DNA of 64,000 nt from a virus. The position numbers were made by a program, and so were the translations under genes. A model generated the notes under the pieces. That model was not told the DNA's origin. It saw nothing but the letters and a program-made list of their open reading frames with translations, and ran no database searches. The stretch lies in the IMG/VR virus record IMGVR_UViG_3300045988_151747. One strand, written 5' to 3'. Positions 61,946-64,000 of this stretch are shown here, one piece after another. Every line of letters begins with the position of its first letter. The first letter of the stretch is position 1.

Positions 61946-63163
61946 TTATCTACTACTAATCACCCTGCATACGATACCACGTTCTCCATCGGAGCGAGTA
62001 CCTTCAAAAAGAGGAAGAAGAACCAGTTCCATAGCACGTACCAAATCCCATCCGTCAGCAACCAAGTCACCCACCATAAGAGTTTCACGGGTGGAAATGG
62101 AACTGCTTATCTCCTGTTTGTTATACATATTACGCAAACTGTTTGCAACCTTTGTAATAATTGTAGCGTCCGAAAGGGAAATTCCACAGCGTTTTACCAA
62201 AACCTTGTTTTCCTGTTCCGGTGGCATATATGATAATTCGATAGGGAAGAAACGTCCTACAAGTGCACGGTCCATACTCATTGTACCCGTATATTCCACA
62301 CCAACATTGGCAGTTGCTACAAAACAACATTCCGGATGCACTTCTATTTCACGTAAGTCCTCACCGCCGGCAATTTCCACAGGAAGTTTTCTACGGCTGT
62401 CAAGACAGGGAAACAGAATGTTATTAGTAGTAACGGGTGCACGGGATAACTCGTCCAAAAGCACTACACCCGGTTTGGATATATCCCTTGTAAATTTGGC
62501 ATAGTCAAATACTGATACACCTCCCTTTTGCAATCGGTGTACACCTAAAAGTCCGGCTACTGGGTCATACATGGAACCCATATCATAGACAGAACAGGAT
62601 ATGCCAAGTTTCTTACAGGCAAGTAACACAAGTTCGGTCTTACCACCACCCGTAGCACCGATAAGCATCGTGTTCACCTGATTCTGAATATTACGCATAA
62701 GCAGATACCATACATCTGAATCTACATAGAAACCCTCTGAACCGATAGAGGGGATTTTAAATTCCGGATTTGTTTTCATCTTCCCCAATAAAGTTTTGGA
62801 GGAAGTCTTGGTGTCCTTTTTTTCATCTGAACTGCCAGAATCATAAGAAGAGGTGGAAGTACCTATAAATATTTCATAGGCTCTAACCATTTCTTCGGTA
62901 GGCTTATGTTTCGGGTCCCGATAATCAGCATCAAGAATACCGATAGGAAAGATGTTTCCTGCCTGATAATACTTACTGGCAGGCTTGAGCATATCGGTCA
63001 CAAAGGTTGTACCCGTGGGGTACGCATCCCTTAAAGACCTGTCGGCACTTACATTTACCGTGCTGTCGATTGTAGTACCATCTTCAAAAGTCTGACCGTT
63101 AAGTGCCTTACAACGTTGTCTACCCTCTTCTACGAGAGTTCTCAAAAAGTAATATTTTTCCAT
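61946..63163 (-). CDS. MoxR/CbbQ/CobS-like AAA+ ATPase
   Basis: Walker A MLIGATGGGKTELV and Walker B GVVLLDELSRAP are present, and the size fits the MoxR-type fold. Confidence 0.8.
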   Translation of the reverse strand: MEKYYFLRTLVEEGRQRCKALNGQTFEDGTTIDSTVNVSADRSLRDAYPTGTTFVTDMLKPASKYYQAGNIFPIGILDADYRDPKHKPTEEMVRAYEIFIGTSTSSYDSGSSDEKKDTKTSSKTLLGKMKTNPEFKIPSIGSEGFYVDSDVWYLLMRNIQNQVNTMLIGATGGGKTELVLLACKKLGISCSVYDMGSMYDPVAGLLGVHRLQKGGVSVFDYAKFTRDISKPGVVLLDELSRAPVTTNNILFPCLDSRRKLPVEIAGGEDLREIEVHPECCFVATANVGVEYTGTMSMDRALVGRFFPIELSYMPPEQENKVLVKRCGISLSDATIITKVANSLRNMYNKQEISSSISTRETLMVGDLVADGWDLVRAMELVLLPLFEGTRSDGERGIVCRVISSR

Positions 63164-63172
63164 TTTGTGAGA

Positions 63173-63367
63173 TTAAAAAAGTTTATGTGATTTTTCTAAG
63201 TTATAAATTATACTCTCTGCGGTGCTCAAATCCAGATTTTTTCGGAGTGTTCTTTTCCGGAATCCTGTACCATCAGTCATTTGTGAATATTCCACCACTT
63301 TAAACAACCCGTGTTGTTGTTTCTTATATTCAAAGCGGAATATACGGTATAAGTTTATTTTCGGCAT
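63173..63367 (-). CDS. Hypothetical protein
   Basis: 64-aa ORF. Confidence 0.4.
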   Translation of the reverse strand: MPKINLYRIFRFEYKKQQHGLFKVVEYSQMTDGTGFRKRTLRKNLDLSTAESIIYNLEKSHKLF

Positions 63368-63406
63368 AGTTAAATATACAAATTTTTATGGAAATAACAA
63401 AACCCC

Positions 63407-63772
63407 CTAACTGTTATCCTTATACGCAAGTTCAATCAAAAATTGTAAGTCCTCATAAGTAAGAATAGCAAGGCTGTCACGGGATTTCTCAAAATCCACC
63501 ACAAAGATAGGAATTTTTTTAGCCGAACATTTCTTTTTCAGTTTAACCCACTCGGATAATTTAAGGCTATATGATTCATGGGCTGTGGTTTTTGCCTCAA
63601 TTTCACAAAAATCAGTAATCACATCATTTTGCCCGAATGTGGCTCCTGAATTGATAGTCGTATAGCCACGGAGTTTTTTAGCTATACGACTTTCCTGTTT
63701 TTTGGAACGCTCCCGTGTAGTAGTGGAACCGTCCATAAGTTTGTTCAGATACCCGAATTTACTCTTTACCAT
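63407..63772 (-). CDS. Small PD-(D/E)xK nuclease (resolvase-like), paralogue of ORF 57722..58129
   Basis: ESRIAKKLRG...INSGATFGQNDVITDFCEIEAKTT... shows the same E...SG...D...E-x-K layout. Confidence 0.5.
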   Translation of the reverse strand: MVKSKFGYLNKLMDGSTTTRERSKKQESRIAKKLRGYTTINSGATFGQNDVITDFCEIEAKTTAHESYSLKLSEWVKLKKKCSAKKIPIFVVDFEKSRDSLAILTYEDLQFLIELAYKDNS

Positions 63773-63999
63773 TGTATAGAATATATCCGGTGAATCTTCA
63801 TTACGCTATCCCTGTAACTGGTGGTAAGAGTTACAGAGTAACCAACACTTTTAAGTATCTCTACCAACTCGGACACATCCGTACAGAATCCTATCGTCAA
63901 TGAACACTTGCCGCTTTCAGCAGCCATTTTTATTTTGGTAAATACCTCCCTGTAAGGAGTGGTGGCGATTTCCCTCGCCTGTTGTGCAGTAAGATACTG
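63766..63999 (-). CDS. 3' part of a gene entering from beyond the window end (hypothetical)
   Basis: Open frame from the window edge (...QYLTAQQAREIATTPYREVFTKIKMAAESGKCSLTIGF...IHRIYSIQW*). Its stop overlaps the next gene's start (CAATGGTAA). Confidence 0.45.
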   Translation of the reverse strand, partial: QYLTAQQAREIATTPYREVFTKIKMAAESGKCSLTIGFCTDVSELVEILKSVGYSVTLTTSYRDSVMKIHRIYSIQW

Positions 64000-64000
64000 C

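Noticed and set aside
1-64000. Stop-codon reassignment (TAG or TGA recoding), as seen in some Bacteroidota-associated phages.
   Set aside because: Under the standard code, long ORFs tile the minus strand almost without gaps. Recognisable domains end at TAA, TAG and TGA stops alike, so there is no sign of in-frame stops interrupting conserved proteins.

Overview
The window looks like one continuous stretch of a large, contractile-tailed dsDNA phage or prophage that infects a Bacteroidota host. No rRNA or housekeeping genes are visible. All convincing genes but one lie on the minus strand and tile tightly, often with ATGA or TAATG start/stop overlaps. At least eight intergenic regions carry the Bacteroidetes promoter consensus TTTG-N19-21-TAnnTTTG, which supports the host call. 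Reading in the direction of transcription, from high to low coordinates, the content is as follows.

- **64-43.3 kb, early/DNA-metabolism block:** a MoxR-type AAA+ ATPase paired with a VWA/HExxH protein, tRNA-Lys(UUU), a Cas4-like nuclease, two small PD-(D/E)xK nucleases, and a SpoVS-like protein. It also holds a 45-aa Arg/Gly-rich micro-ORF with its own promoter and terminator. The 7-deazaguanine DNA-modification genes are here (queC-like, dpdA-like, queE, folE), along with a LuxR-type regulator (the only + strand gene), an ECF sigma factor, MazG-like, RNase H-like and Dps-like genes, and a cluster of small cysteine-rich or membrane proteins.
- **43.3-41.9 kb:** a 1.4-kb ORF-free, repeat-rich region.
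- **41.9-33.6 kb:** small hypothetical genes, a poxvirus-type topoisomerase IB, an H1-like basic protein and a KTSC protein.
- **33.6-24.5 kb:** queD, then the packaging/head module (TerL, portal, scaffold, HK97-type major capsid protein, connector-region genes).
- **24.5-17.7 kb:** a holin-like gene, a complete diversity-generating retroelement (747-aa target protein with a C-terminal VR, then TR and RT), and a lysis cassette.
- **17.7-0 kb, tail module:** sheath, tube, tape measure, LysM/gpX-like, gpD-like hub, spike, a 2003-aa fibre with a C-terminal S74 chaperone domain, and tandem fibre-like cassettes. One cassette is interrupted by a G10 homopolymer.

All functional calls come from motifs I recognised by eye. 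No database search was run.
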